64,000 nt of DNA, taken from assembly GCF_006345805.1 (NCBI RefSeq), contig NC_043001.1, positions 47,988,001 through 48,052,000 on the forward strand. The letters run 5' to 3'. The translations under genes and the position numbers were made by a program. The number at the start of each line of letters is the position of its first letter. Position 1 is the stretch's first letter. The stretch is from Octopus sinensis (Eukaryota). Shown here in pieces: positions 11,942-26,200 of this stretch. The notes beneath the pieces are model-generated. The model was given only the letters and a program-made list of their open reading frames with translations, was not told the origin of the DNA and searched no databases.

Positions 11942-13384
11942 GTGTACAAGTACTTTTATACTTTATATTTTTGTATTAATTGTTATTGTTCAATTTATAC
12001 TTTATTTGACATTAGATTAATATTTTTTGATGAATGTTTCTTTGTATAGTATTCGCTGTGATTTTAAAAGTATTTGCACTTATATATTATATGACTATAA
12101 TAACCCTACTCTTCAATATTTTATATTATAAAAATTTTAGATTAGTATTTTGTATGGTATATGTCTCACAGCATGGTTTTGGTTGGGTTCTTCATTGACT
12201 GAGTTGTGGAATAGTGGTGCGTCTCTAAATTAGTTATATATATATGTATAATATCATAGATGTGCGGTCCATGGAAGCAAGGGAGGGAATTCTTCCCTTA
12301 AAAATTATACCAACAAAATTGAAACTATATCACTTATTTTTCATAAGATCATTCTTTTAATGTTCAGTAAAATTAATATAAACTACATGACATCATAGGC
12401 TTCAGACATTTATTGTCGGAGTCAGCATGAGACAAGCAGTGGCAGACGACACAAAAAGTCTGTGCAAGGGAAGCACCACGAACTGTTGCATCCTTTTCGG
12501 TGTAACATTTTAACATTTTTTCCGATAAAAATGCCGCAAAGGTAATTTTTTTTCTAGTAAGAGATGATAACGAATAGTTTCAAGATGCTGATAAATAATT
12601 ATACGCTTAGATTAGGTTTTTGTCAATTCTCAATACTTTGATATATATAATCTTACGTTGTTATATAACACTTACATAGGAAAAACGGTGAAAATATAAC
12701 ACGCGCGTTGTCTTCTGCATTTATTCAACTAAAATTTTATACTTTTTCAAATTACAAAACACCCTTTAATATAAGATGTAATTTTTTTTAAATTTTAAAA
12801 ATAGCTGTATAATATGAATATGTAAATTTGATCCAACTATCTATTTGACAGAAAGTTCTAGTCACTGCTTCACCGCACGCCCCTGATATATATATACATA
12901 TATATATATTATATATTATATATATACGTATACACATATTTAGACCTATATATACATACATGTATACATCTATGTATTCATGGATGCATGTATATATATA
13001 CACTCATACACACATAGGTATACGTAGAGGGGAATAGGGACAGCGTGCAATAGCAATGAAATTACAGATGCATCATATGTTTATGTAAAATAAATTTATA
13101 AATACATGAATATGGATATTGAATGTCCACATAGCTTTGAATGCCAATGCTAAATTTCCTAGGAAATGAATTTATTTCTAGCATTGTTATATGAAGAATT
13201 TCAATATGAACTATATAGAATGCAATAAATATTAATAATAAAGTTGCCAGAATAAGCTATACTATAGATACTATAGAACTTATAGATAAAAAAGAAATTA
13301 TGCAAAAGCGCATTGTAATCAGCGATGTACATCAATATCTAATTGTCCGGTCGGTCGCATTTAGTCGAAAATATTGAGCCAAGG

Positions 13385-13529
13385 ACATATTCTTTGTAAG
13401 TCTAGTACTTGATCTATCGATCTTTTTTGCCGAACAGTTAAATTACGGGGACGTAAACACACCAACATCGATTGTCAAGCGGTGATGGGGGAACAAGCAC
13501 AGATACACACACACACACACACACTCGCA

Positions 13530-13564
<35 letters not shown>

Positions 13565-13712
13565 GACGGGCTTCTTTCAGTTTCCATCTACCAAATCCAC
13601 TCACAAGGCTTTGCCCGGCCCGAGATGTCACTTGCCCAAGAAGTCACGCAGTGGGACTGAACCGGAACCATGTGGCTAGTAAGCAAGCTACTTTCCGCAC
13701 AGCTACTCCCGT
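13385..13712 (-). mobile_element. SINE family A, internally shortened
   Basis: Reverse complement of the family A head (gaaccggaaccatgtgg...agctactttccgcacagctactcc) and body (gacgggcttctttcagtttccatctaccaaatcc). Confidence 0.85.
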
Positions 13713-13715
13713 GCC

Positions 13716-13765
<50 letters not shown>

Positions 13766-13982
13766 CCGATGAAAAGAAGACAGAAGATTCGTTAAGATAT
13801 CTTTAATTCTTTAATTATGAGTTGCAAATGTTTCTGCACCCTCTCCATTTGCAACGCCAGTATACGTGAAAATTCTAAATAAAAAATCAAGTAATATTTG
13901 GTGGTTTTATCAGACTTATATTGTGCGTACTTCAGACTTTGTTATTAGGAAAATATCGGGAGGAAATATTATATATATATAT

Positions 13983-14078
<96 letters not shown>

Positions 14079-14774
14079 GTACTGTAAGTTTACAGGGAAT
14101 ACTTGATAAGTGTAAGCACCTGTATATGCCAGATAGTGGCAGAGGTGGGAGAATATATCAAACATAAATTGAAAACAGAACACAAAGGATATCGCGGTCC
14201 ACGTGTTTCAAGCTTTATAAACAATCTGTTATTACATCAGCATAGATATATTATTATTATAAAATATTTTTTAAAGCTCTCTTCAGTCGCACACATTGTT
14301 AGTCCAAAGATTACATAACAAAATAAAAAGTACACGGGAGTCCTGGAGATGTGGAGGCATGGTGTCACCTCTTAATTTCCATTACTCCTAGATCCGTTCT
14401 TACATGGAACAGTAGAACCTGTTTGGGTTCCATCTACAAGTTAAATACATTTCCCATGCGTAGAAGAGGCACCCATTTTTTATGGCGAAGCAGTGGGGAA
14501 AGCAGCTATTCTAGAAGAAAATACACTGACATAAAACTTGCCGTCAAAATAGTACCCGTCATCTTGCAATACCTGTCACTAGGACCTAGTATGGTGACCG
14601 AGGGAGTAGCAAAAGTGCTGTAGCAGATCTTGTCGTTTAAATCCAATGACTTTCAGGTGTCTTACTATCATTTCATTTCTTGATTCCTATAGTGATGAAT
14701 ATTCACGGACGAATGTAAATCAGAACTATCAGGTTGAATGTGAGATGGTTATCTCAAGAAAAGATCAACCAACC

Positions 14775-15078
<304 letters not shown>

Positions 15079-15120
15079 TATCATGAACTAACTGTTACTT
15101 TCTCAGATGCAGCACGGAAT

Positions 15121-15171
15121 TTTGTCAGTGAACAGGTCGCGGGCTCGAAGCGACGAAAATATTTTGACAAA
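15121..15171 (+). ncRNA. Minimal type I hammerhead ribozyme, G3:C8 core variant
   Basis: UUUGUCA-GUGAACA-G-GUCGC-GGGCUCGAA-GCGAC-GAAA-AUAU-UU-UGACAAA. Stem I is a perfect 7 bp, stem II a perfect 5 bp, and stem III is the palindrome AAUAUU. The predicted UUU cut is after 15164. Confidence 0.7.
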
Positions 15172-15365
15172 TTAAATTTAAATGTTGAAGTGAATCTAAC
15201 GGTTTTTGCGTTTCTTAAATGGCTTATAAACACCTTCTACGCTGCAATAGTTTTCGTTCCAGCACACGATCTCAGATCAGGTCACTTGCTATGCAAGTAC
15301 ATCTCCGTAATATATATATATATACATAACGAGAAAGATAGAGAGAGGTGAGGATAGATAGATAG

Positions 15366-15423
<58 letters not shown>

Positions 15424-16399
15424 GCAGACAGGCAGACTGACAAACAGATACGCAGAGAAAGAAAGAGAGATTCTTAGTGTACGTAAATGAACCATATGTA
15501 AAGTGTTTCATGAACTAAAGGTAGCCTGACCCAGAGTAATGGAAAAATCCCATAAAACAGATCAAAACATGCATTACATCCAACCACGTATTGGTATTAA
15601 TAAAATATCACAAATGCACAAAAATTAACCCTCTAACGTCGAACTTATCAATACGCGAAACGAGATTATGTGCAGATCCAAATGTGTGATTGAAACATTT
15701 GTGACGATCACCAAATACAAGAATCGCTTGCTTGCAGTAATGTTGTTCAAATGTAAAATATCATTAGTGATCGTTCAAGCTTTCAATTTTCTCGTTGGCT
15801 TCATATGAAAGTTGTAGTGTTTGAATCGTCATAAATTATTAACAACACGAGTTATGGAGTTAAGCATATTACATATATAGCAAACTGCAAGCGTGCATGC
15901 TACGTATGAAATTTGTCAACTTAATAATCGCTAACTGTTGCATTCGCCACGCAGAAACTACATTACATCGTTGCCTCACCATATATTTACAAGAATCCAT
16001 TACAACATATCACGTTATACAAACACCAATAAATAAATGGATGAATAAACAAATACACCCCATAGACAAATATTTGTTGTCGACGCAATCATCCTATATA
16101 GAATAAATCTGACCCAATATCTGCCACAAACCGGAAGATTAGTCATTGAAAATATATTAATAGCGAAACGAAAATTTAACGAGAAATTACAACAGAAATA
16201 TCACAAAGACCTGATTGCCGAGAGAAGCACGGAGTTAAAGGTTAAAAATTTCTTTTTAATACACCAGTGATAAGAGCGCATTATCACGTCATTCCCCTGG
16301 TTCTCGCCAACTGTATAACAACAACAGTTACACATTATAAATAATTACGTCATGCACAGGACAAGACCGTGAAGTTCTAGAAACGTCGATGACCTATGA

Positions 16400-16531
16400 A
16401 CTTTACTCTTCCAGACTAAATGCAAAGGGCTAATAGTAATAATACGTTTGTGTAGCTATCTATCTACCTAACTAACTATATATATATATATATGGGGGAT
16501 GTATGCATCTATATATGTGTGTGTGTGTATG

Positions 16532-16599
<68 letters not shown>

Positions 16600-16786
16600 C
16601 ATACATACACTTACCCATTTAGCTATATATTTAACAATGGATATAACAAGGTAGATATCTAACTAGCTTCATTTCTAGTATCTATGATGTTATCTGCTTA
16701 TGTAATAGTAAATTTATCCGTCTTTGTACCTGTCTATCTACCTATCATCTCTCTCCCTCTCTCTCCTTTTTTCTCTCTTCATATAC

Positions 16787-16857
<71 letters not shown>

Positions 16858-16993
16858 CATACACACACACATATATATAGATGCATACATCCCCCATATA
16901 TATATATATATATATAGTTAGTTAGGTAGATAGATAGATACACAAACGTATTATTACTATTAGCCCTTTGCATTTAGTCTGGAAGAGTAAAGT
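16400..16993. repeat. Near-perfect inverted duplication (~195-bp arms including microsatellites, ~205-bp spacer)
   Basis: actttactcttccagactaaatgcaaagggc...gggggatgtatgcatct... (16400-16594) is mirrored at 16800-16993. The arms differ by about 1 substitution plus repeat-length changes. Confidence 0.92.
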
Positions 16994-17339
16994 ATATATA
17001 TATATATATATATATACATACATATATATGTCAAACTTCTACCAATCTATCAGTCTATGTACTTATCAAACAATCTATTTAGCCATGTATCCACATGTCT
17101 ATCTACCTATCAGTCTACCGTCGTATCTCTATATCTATTTATACAGTTTGCTAAATATGTGCTTGTCTTTGTTTTCGTCTTTTTTTTTTCTTATTTCGCC
17201 TATTTAGCTATCCTGTGTCTTCCTACAGAAACGGAGCACGGAATTAACAAATGGAGAGCTAGTAGAAACGTTGTCGCCGAACAAAAGTCAGCAAAAGGTG
17301 GCCTTTCAAACAGTGTTCACATTTTCACCAACGATATCA

Positions 17340-17880
17340 AGAAGGCGAAATAAAGCAAACCGAACAACAATAACAACAATAACAACGACAACAACAGCAG
17401 CAGCAACAACAACAACAACAATAGTGGCAACAAAATTAGTAACAATAACGGGAACAACAACAGAGGCAATACGACCGGCAACGGCAGCAACAGCAGCAGA
17501 GACATCATAAATAACAGTAGCAGCAGCAATAGCAGCCATGACACAAGCAATACAACAAAACAACACAGAGACAAAAATGTCTGGACTTTCTTGGAAGCAA
17601 CAAGTGCAGCAGCAGCTGCAATAGCAGCAACAGAAACAACATTTGAGTTACATAACAACAACAACAACAACAACAAACAGTCTAACAACAGTATTTACGG
17701 CAACAGCTACATATTCATCAGCATCATTGTCTTCCTCCTGCTCCTCCTGCTCCTCTTCCTCCTCCTCCTCCTCATCGTCGTCGTCGCCACCGTCGTCACC
17801 ATCATCGTCATCGTCATCATCAACGTTATCATCAATCTCATCATCATCAGCAGCAGCATCAACAACGTTAAAAAAAAAGG
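17340..17880. repeat. Low-complexity CAA/CAG/CAT/CCT mosaic
   Basis: Direct reading. Similar tracts occur at 18650-19780 and 27800-31000. Confidence 0.85.
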
Positions 17881-18239
17881 AAAACAAAAATTGAAAACCA
17901 ACGTAAGGACACGTCAACCGTGGCGCCAGCACACACTAACAATAGCAAGAGACCCCAAAAATGAGTTACTTAGTATTTGATCCACTTGTCAGAAATAGCA
18001 GCTAAATCTCCCTTAAATGGTGCCCTAGCATCTGGGACTCTTTAGTGTGTAGTACTCTCTAGATTATGTAGTTCCTATATAACACTCATTAAAAAACAGG
18101 ATGGTTACGGTGGATGGTCTCGGTGAATGGTCACGGTTGGAATACCTTTGGCTACAGGCCTGTCCATCCCGCGTTGATTAGAGTTTAAACAGCCAGAACA
18201 GTTGCAACATCATCAATATAATAAATAATAATAATAGAA

Positions 18240-18650
18240 ATAGTCCCTTCTACTAAAGGCACAAAGCCAGCAATATTGGGGAGGGAAGAAGTCGGTTACA
18301 TCGACCCCAGTATTCAATTGGTACTTATTTTATCGACCTCAAAAAGATGGAAGGCAAAGACAAAGTCAATGTCCGCGGAATTTGAACCCAGAACGTACAC
18401 ACAGACGAAATACTTATTGCTTTACTGCCCACAAGGGGCTACACACAGAGGGGACAAACAAGGACAGACAAACGGATTAAGTCGATTATATCGACCCCAG
18501 TGCGTAACTAGTACTTATTTAATCGACCCCGAAAGGATGAAAGGCAAAATCGACATCTGCGGAATTTGAACTCAGAACGTAGCGGCAGAGGAAATACCGC
18601 TAAGCATTTCACCCAGCGTGCTAACATTTATGCCAGCTCGCCGCCTTAAA
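18240..18650 (-). mobile_element. Composite or nested SINE family B copies
   Basis: Two atcgacccc...aggatgaaaggcaaa segments, with the head gccagctcgccgcctt at about 18633-18648. Confidence 0.75.
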
Positions 18651-20454
18651 ACAACAACAGAAATAATAACAACATGCAGAAATACAAACAACAACAAAAT
18701 ATATCGAAAGAACAACAAAAAAATGTATTAGCAAAAATAGCAACAAAAATGAACACAAAACCCAAACAACAATGATGATCATAGAAACGACAACGCAACA
18801 ATATACAATGAAAGCAAAGGAAAGAAAAACAAGAAAAACAGTCACAATAAAATTTTGCAATGCCGACATGAATAACAACAACAGCAACAGATGAGAAGCA
18901 ACAATACCCGCAGCTGCAATACCAACACCATCAGCTGCAACAGTAACAGCAGCACAGCTGCATTACCTATAAGGAAATCAATAATATCCACACCTTCACC
19001 CAGACTATCGATATTACAATCACCACCATCACCATCACCATATCTCCACCATGTATGTTAGCACCAAAGAAGGAACCTCTACGTGGTCGCCTGTTTTGTC
19101 TGCTAGAAATGTCAGCCAATGTCCTTTAAAATGCAATGGCAAAAGGTATACGAAAAAAATGGGATTGTCTCGATTGGGATAGATCAATTAATTAAATGAT
19201 GTTGGTGCTCAGGGTGATAGGCCTGAGGGAAGAGGGCTGACCTGTTGTTAGAGAGACGATTTTTAAAAAACCCAGCATCATTGCAATCATCACTATCATG
19301 ATTACCCCTACCACAATTAGTATCACCATCAAAACGAGAGTCCGCTCAGTATCTCCAAACTACCATTAGTGTCACCATGACCATCACCATTGATATCACT
19401 AATACCACCATCAGTAACACGACCACCACCATCAAGTTGATCAACATCACCATCAGTCAAACTAACACCCCGCTATGAGTAACGCCCCTCAACATCAGAA
19501 TAACTATCACTACCATTAGTAATGCTAGTGCTACTGCCAACAGCTACATCATCGATAATACAAGCTCAACACCACCCCCACCGACATCGATATCAACCAA
19601 CAGCAACCCTCCCGTCAATAGCACCACCGCAACACAATCATTAGTTACATCAACGTCACCGTTAGCAATACCAACTCCACCAATGCCAAAACTAGCAAAA
19701 CCAACCTAAAAAGCCATAAGCACCACCTCTAATAATACCACCGGCACCAATACCGTTAACACTACTATTATCAATCAACTTTTATGTAGCCATTCAACTT
19801 GCGAGAAATATTAATCAAATCACCATCAAATCACATCCTAATGACTTACAAAAGGAAGGACACATTGGATAATGTATGCACTATGGCAAGAAATCAAATG
19901 AAAAATATCAAGTAGTCGTAAATGGAATACATTTGTTTAATACAATCTTTTTGATCAGGGTCTTTTTAATCGATTAGTCAGTAAGAAAAGGTAATGCACA
20001 TGAGCCTTCGCAGGGCCTTTGAAAGTAATAGTAAATAGAGAGACAAAATACCCTGAAAATGGAGTTCTTCCGCGAATGTATACAACAAAGAAGACTCCGC
20101 TAAAGGCACTTTAATAGGCGATCTTTTGTCTACCACCCTAGTAGGTTACGGCATGATTTAAACGCAGTATGTAAAGAACCGGAATAGTCACCTCTCTTAA
20201 CGATTTCACCTATCTATTGCTCTGGACTGGTAATTTATTTATTGACACTAAGCTAGACACCAAGAAAAATAACAACAATTGAACTTAAACAGTACTAGCA
20301 GTAACAGCACCACCGCCAACAACAACTGCTCTGATACAGATAACAGTTATACTTACACTCCAACGTCATAGTCCGCCAAGATTTTCATCATAAATAATGT
20401 GATCGCAATCAATAAGTAACATGAACATACTCAATATTGGTTTGAAATGTTAGC

Positions 20455-20655
20455 ACAAGGCCAGTAATCTTGGGGGATGGTGCTAGTCGATTAGATTGCT
20501 CCCAGTGCTCAACTGGTACTTATTTTATCGATCCCGAAAGGGATAAAAGGTAACACCAACCTCAGCGGAATTTCAACTCAGAACATAAGGACGGATGAAA
20601 TTCCTGTAAACATTTTGCTCGACGTGCTAACGGCTCTGCTAGCTCGCCGCCTTAA
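20455..20655 (-). mobile_element. SINE family B
   Basis: tcgatcccgaaagggataaaagg...ctgctagctcgccgcctt. Confidence 0.8.
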
Positions 20656-21074
20656 ACATACTCAATATCATTCGCCATCACCGCTATAACAAAGCATGTG
20701 GAATTTATAATAAGTGAATATGTGTACCAGGGAGATCCATCTTCTCGCGCACTCTTCTTTCATTAATACCAGCTAATACCAACACACGTCAACAAATCAC
20801 ACACAAAGCCTTACATGTAGTGCATCACATTTATATCCTCCATACCTTCTCAAGGCTGCTCGAAACTCGATTAAACCAGGTAGAAACTTACAAGTTGCAC
20901 AAAAGAACATCGAATATATCCATCTCAGTACCACATAACTTAACCATATGACATTATTATTATTATATCACATAATAACGCAACTATTTTACATAATAAT
21001 GCAAACATATCGTATAATATAAACTAACCATATCACATAAGATAACCATATGATAATTTTAATTTTGGCACGAG

Positions 21075-21510
21075 GACAACGATTTTAGTGGGGGGGGGGA
21101 GCAAATCGATTACATCGACCCCCAACATCTTACTGGTACTTTATTTTATCACCCTGGAAGGATGAAAGCCAGAGTTGGCCTCGGCAGTATTTGAAACCAG
21201 AATATAAGAAACCGGAAGAAATGCCGCTCAGTATTTTCTCCGACTTCTTAACGATGCTTCTAGCTCGCCGACTTTAACACACCATATACTAGTTTCAAAT
21301 TTTGGCTCAACACCAGAAACTTAGGAGCACAGACTAAGACGGTTGCATCGACCCCAGTGCATAAATTGTACTTATTTTGTTGACTTCCAAAGGACGAAAG
21401 GCAATATTAACCTTGCCTGTATTTGATCTAAGAGCGTAAAGAACTGGAAAATATACCGATCAGCATTTTGTCTGATGCGTTAAAAAAGGTGCCCGCTTGC
21501 CGCCATTATA
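21075..21510 (-). mobile_element. Two tandem SINE family B copies (~21075-21275 and ~21300-21510)
   Basis: Each has atcgacccc...ggatgaaag and a ctcgccg/cttgccgcc head. Confidence 0.75.
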
Positions 21511-22099
21511 TAACCAGATAATAAAATAATAACATAACAATATTAAACACACAAGAAAACAAATTACTAGATGTTACATATGTCAGCACAACATTCATAG
21601 CACACATACGTACAAAGCAGTATGTATTACGAATTGATGTCAAAACTTAAAAGATATACCAAGCAGCGTATTTCGCCCATGCAAATAAACACCAGCTCAC
21701 AATCAATAATTCATATCCAACATGTGATATGCTAAATTGTACTACAGAGTATCTCTATAGTTTTTATCAAGTATTCTGAAATTCACAATTACATAAACCT
21801 TGTCTTTATATGCAATACTCTATGTAGTCATAGACACAGACACTAGAAAACAAGAAAATAGCTTGGCAAGTTTCAATCTTGTCGTAGGCTTTCACCAGTC
21901 ACTGAGCACCTAAAACCCGACTGAAACAAGTATTTCTGATCTATTCTTTTCTTCCATGAACAGCTTTGGTTTAAAACACTATATTGCTGATGTTGCTATT
22001 TTTGTGTTCATATGTTTGTTTATCTGGACAGGTTGGCAAGGAGATGCACCTTGCAAAGTAGACATAAAAGGAATGAGTTTACAATGACGATGGTGCTGT

Positions 22100-22370
22100 A
22101 GTTATATCTGGACTCAATGATACGGATAGTGCTTTTAAGATGGTGCTGTAATTATATCTAATGTGATTGACCGAAAAAGCTTTATTAGGATGGGGCCGTG
22201 GATGTTTTTGCGTTGAAAGGCAGGAATCGTTTCTCTTTTTTTGTGGATGGTATTGTAGATGTAACTCACCTGAGTTGCAGGAAAGGTCTTCTTAGGACAG
22301 AGTTGTAGATATATCTAGGTATTTGAAGGAGAATGTACGCGTTCTAGTTATTCCAGTGATGAAGTGTCTC
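22100..22370 (-). mobile_element. Possible Penelope-like RT thumb relic
   Basis: Minus-strand pieces FKYLDIS and TIHKK...FLPFNA...SFFGQ resemble the PLE pattern FLD...VYRKPT...YL.F.S.HP...SQ. Many stops. Confidence 0.3.
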
Positions 22371-22518
22371 GCATTATACTGTCATTTTCACCAAGCCAGC
22401 TCTTGCGCGCAGGCTTATGATCAAAGGCATTCCAAACATGGCTATATTTTACGACTATCTTTTAAAATTTTCATTCAACTGCTTTCATGAAAGAAAGACC
22501 AATTTCCATTATCTTTCC

Positions 22519-22578
<60 letters not shown>

Positions 22579-22579
22579 T

Positions 22580-22910
22580 AAAGGGTAAAAGCTAAAGATC
22601 CCCTTAGGTCATGAATGACCAAGGGATTGCACATAGAAAGTTCCCTTCCGAGGCACAAGTCCGGGCGAGGTTGTTTTTGGAAGACCAGCAGTCGCCCATG
22701 CATACCAGCCTCCCTTCTCCCCCACTGGTGTTGTCCAAGGGAAAGGCAAAGGCCGATACAGCTTGGCACCAGTGACGTTTCAACTGGAGCAACGTGAAAT
22801 AAAAATGTCTTGCTCAATAACACAACACATAATCTGGTCCGAGAATTGAACTCACTACTTCATGACTTTGAGCTCGACACGTTCACCGCTGAACCATGCG
22901 CCTTTACACA
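22580..22910 (-). mobile_element. tRNA-derived SINE, family D
   Basis: Minus-strand head aaggcgcatggttcagcggtgaacgtg...gtgagttcaattctcgg (A/B-box-like), body ttgagcaagacattt, and a 3' end next to (TA)n. Confidence 0.7.
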
Positions 22911-23229
22911 CGCACACACGCACGCACACACACACATACGCGCACACACAAAAACACTAACACACACACACATTTCAGGGTGTCCAAGAATTCTCGGAGA
23001 TGAGAAGAAGTTACCCTCAAAGCTGAAACCTGGTTTGAATGCTAGCGAAAAAGGCATCCAAAGACCGAGTGGTGGTGTTAGAACGAATGAGGAATTTAGT
23101 CTACCATCCAAGAACTCATTATGCAAAACGTCAGAACAAATACCACAATGTATCTCTAGCAATTCCGCCTATCCCATATCGCCTGCCCGCCATTCGTCTG
23201 CTGGAAAAGAGAACAACAACTTCAGTGTT

Positions 23230-26200
23230 ATATTTTATTTGCAACAAATATTTCTTCTGCCTATTGAGGAATACATAACACCGATTCAGGCAAATATTTC
23301 GTTGTCACAATGGACAAAATAGCAAATGCGTTACCCGGCATAATGGCGAAAAATATACGTTGGTAGAGAATTTCCACCTCACGTATTTCACTACTTTAGT
23401 TGGCTATTTCTGTACCCATAAATCTGAGTAAGGAAGTGATTCGGGGACTCAAAACGCCGGAGCTTTCCCCTGCTCTACGTTCGAAAAGTTATCGATCTGA
23501 GAGTAGCAGGTACTTTTTTAACTTGCGATCTTCTGCTGTATTTTTTTTAACTTGCGATCCTCTGTGTTTTTTTTTAACTTGCGATCCTGTGTGTTTTTTT
23601 TTAACTTGCGATCCTCTGTGTTTTTTTTTAACTTGCGATCCTCTGTGTTTTTTTTTTAACTTGCGATCCTCTGTGTTTTTTTTAACTTGCGATCCTCTGT
23701 GTTTTTTTTTAACTTGCGATCCTCTGTGTTTTTTTTTAACTTGCGATCCTCTGTTTTTTTTTTAACTTGCGATCCTCTGTTTTTTTTTTAACTTGCTATC
23801 TTCTGTTTTTTTTTTTAACTTGCGATCCTCTGGGGTTTTTTTAACTTGCGATCTTCTGTTTTTTTTTTAACTTGCGATCTTCTGTGGTTTTTTTTAACTT
23901 GCGATCCTCTGTGTTTTTTTTTTAACTTGCGATCCTCTGTGTTTTTTTTTAACTTGCGATCCTCTGTGTTTTTTTTTAACTTGCGATCCTCTGTGTTTTT
24001 TTTAACTTGCGATCCTCTGTGTTTTTTTTTTAACTTGCGATCCTCTGTGTTTTTTTTTAACTTGCTATCTTCTGTGTTTTTTTTTAACTTGCGATCCTCT
24101 CTGTTTTTTTTTTAACTTGCGATCCTCTGTGTTTTTTTTTTAACTTGCGATCCTCTGTGTTTTTTTTTAACTTGCGATCCTCTGTGTTTTTTTTTAACTT
24201 GCTATCTTCTTGTTTTTTTTTTTTAACTTGCGATCCTCTGGGGTTTTTTTAACTTGCGATCTTCTGTTTTTTTTTTTAACTTGCGATCTTCTGTGGTTTT
24301 TTTTTAACTTGCGATCCTCTGTGTTTTTTTTTTAACTTGCGATCCTCTGTGTTTTTTTTTAACTTGCGATCCTCTGTGTTTTTTTTAACTTGCGATCCTC
24401 TGTGTTTTTTTAACTTGCGATCTCTGTTGTTTTTTTTTTAACTTGCGATCCTCTGTGTTTTTTTTTAACTTGCTATCTTCTGTGTTTTTTTTTAACTTGC
24501 GATCCTCTCTGTTTTTTTTTTACTTGCGATCCTCTGTGTTTTTTTTTTAACTTGTGATCCTCTGTGTTTTTTTTTAACTTGCTATCTTCTGTGTTTTTTT
24601 TTTAACTTGCGATCCTCTGTGTTTTTTTAACTTGCGATCCTCCGTGTTTTTTTTTCACTTGCGATCCTCTGTGTTTTTTTTTAACTTGCTATCTCTGTGT
24701 TTTTTTTAACTTGCGATCCTCTGTGTTTTTTTTAACTTGCGATCCTCTGTGTTTTTTTTCACTTGCGATCCTCTGTGTTTTTTTTAACTTGCTATCTTCT
24801 GTGTTTTTTTTAACTTGCGATCCTCTGTGTTTTTTTTTAACTTGCGATCCTCTGTGTTTTTTTATTAACTTGCGATCCTCTGTGTTTTTTTTAACTTGCG
24901 ATCCTCTGTGTTTTTTTTTTACTTGCGATCCTCTGTGTTTTTTTTTTAACTTGCGATCCTCTGTGTTTTTTTTTAACTTGCTATCTTCTGTGTTTTTTTT
25001 AACTTGCGATCCTCTGTGTTTTTTTTAACTTGCGATCCTCTGTGTTTTTTTTAACTTGCGATCCTCTGTGTTTTTTTTTACTTGCGATCCTCTGTGTTTT
25101 TTTTTTAACTTGCGATCCTCTGTGTTTTTTTTAACTTGCTATCTTCTGTGTTTTTTTTTAACTTGCGATCCTCTGTGTTTTTTTTTAACTTGCGATCCTC
25201 TGTGTTTTTTTTTAACTTGCGATCCTCTGTGTTTTTTTTTAACTTGCGATCCTCTGTGTTTTTTTTAACTTGCGATCCTCTGTGTTTTTTTTTAACTTGC
25301 GATCTTCTGTGTTTTTTTTAACTTGCGATCCTCTGTGTTTTTTTTTAACTTGCGATCCTCTGTGTTTTTTTTTAACTTGCTATCTTCTGTGTTTTTTTTA
25401 ACTTGCGATCCTCTGGGGTTTTTTAACTTGCGATCTTCTGTTTTTTTTTAACTTGCGATTCTGTGGTTTTTTTTAACTTGCGATCCTCTGTGTTTTTTTT
25501 TTTACTTGCGATCCTCTGTGTTTTTTTTAACTTGCGATCTCTGTGTTTTTTTAACTTGCGATCCTCTGTGTTTTTTTTAACTTGCGATCCTCTGTGTTTT
25601 TTTTTAACTTGCGATCCTCTGTGTTTTTTTTTAACTTGCTATCTTCTGTGTTTTTTTTAACTTGCGATCCTCTCTGTTTTTTTTTAACTTGCGATCCTCT
25701 GTGTTTTTTTTTAACTTGTGATCCTCTGTGTTTTTTTTAACTTGCTATTCTGTTTTTTTTTGTTTAACTTGCGATCCTCTGTGTTTTTTTAACTTGCGAT
25801 CCTCCGTGTTTTTTTTTCACTTGCGATCCTCTGTGTTTTTTTTTAACTTGCTATCTTCTGTGTTTTTTTTAACTTGCGATCCTCTGTGTTTTTTTTAACT
25901 TGCGATCCTCTGTGTTTTTTTTTCACTTGCGATCCTCTGTGTTTTTTTAACTTGCTATCTTCTGTGTTTTTTTTTTAACTTGCGATCCTCTGTGTTTTTT
26001 TAACTTGCGATCCTCTGTGTTTTTTTATTAACTTGCGATCCTCTGTGTTTTTTTTAACTTGCGATCCTCTGTGTTTTTTTTAACTTGCGATCCTCTGTGT
26101 TTTTTTTTAACTTGCGATCCTCTGTGTTTTTTTTTTAACTTGCTATCTTCTGTGTTTTTTTTTAACTTGCGATCCTCTGTGTTTTTTTTAACTTGCGATC

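Noticed and set aside
22975-23225. CAGGGTGTCC TIR-like start with possible mariner relic, or a minus-strand exon after ttctcttttccag
   Set aside because: No clear DDD motif is recoverable, and all three exon frames hit stops quickly.
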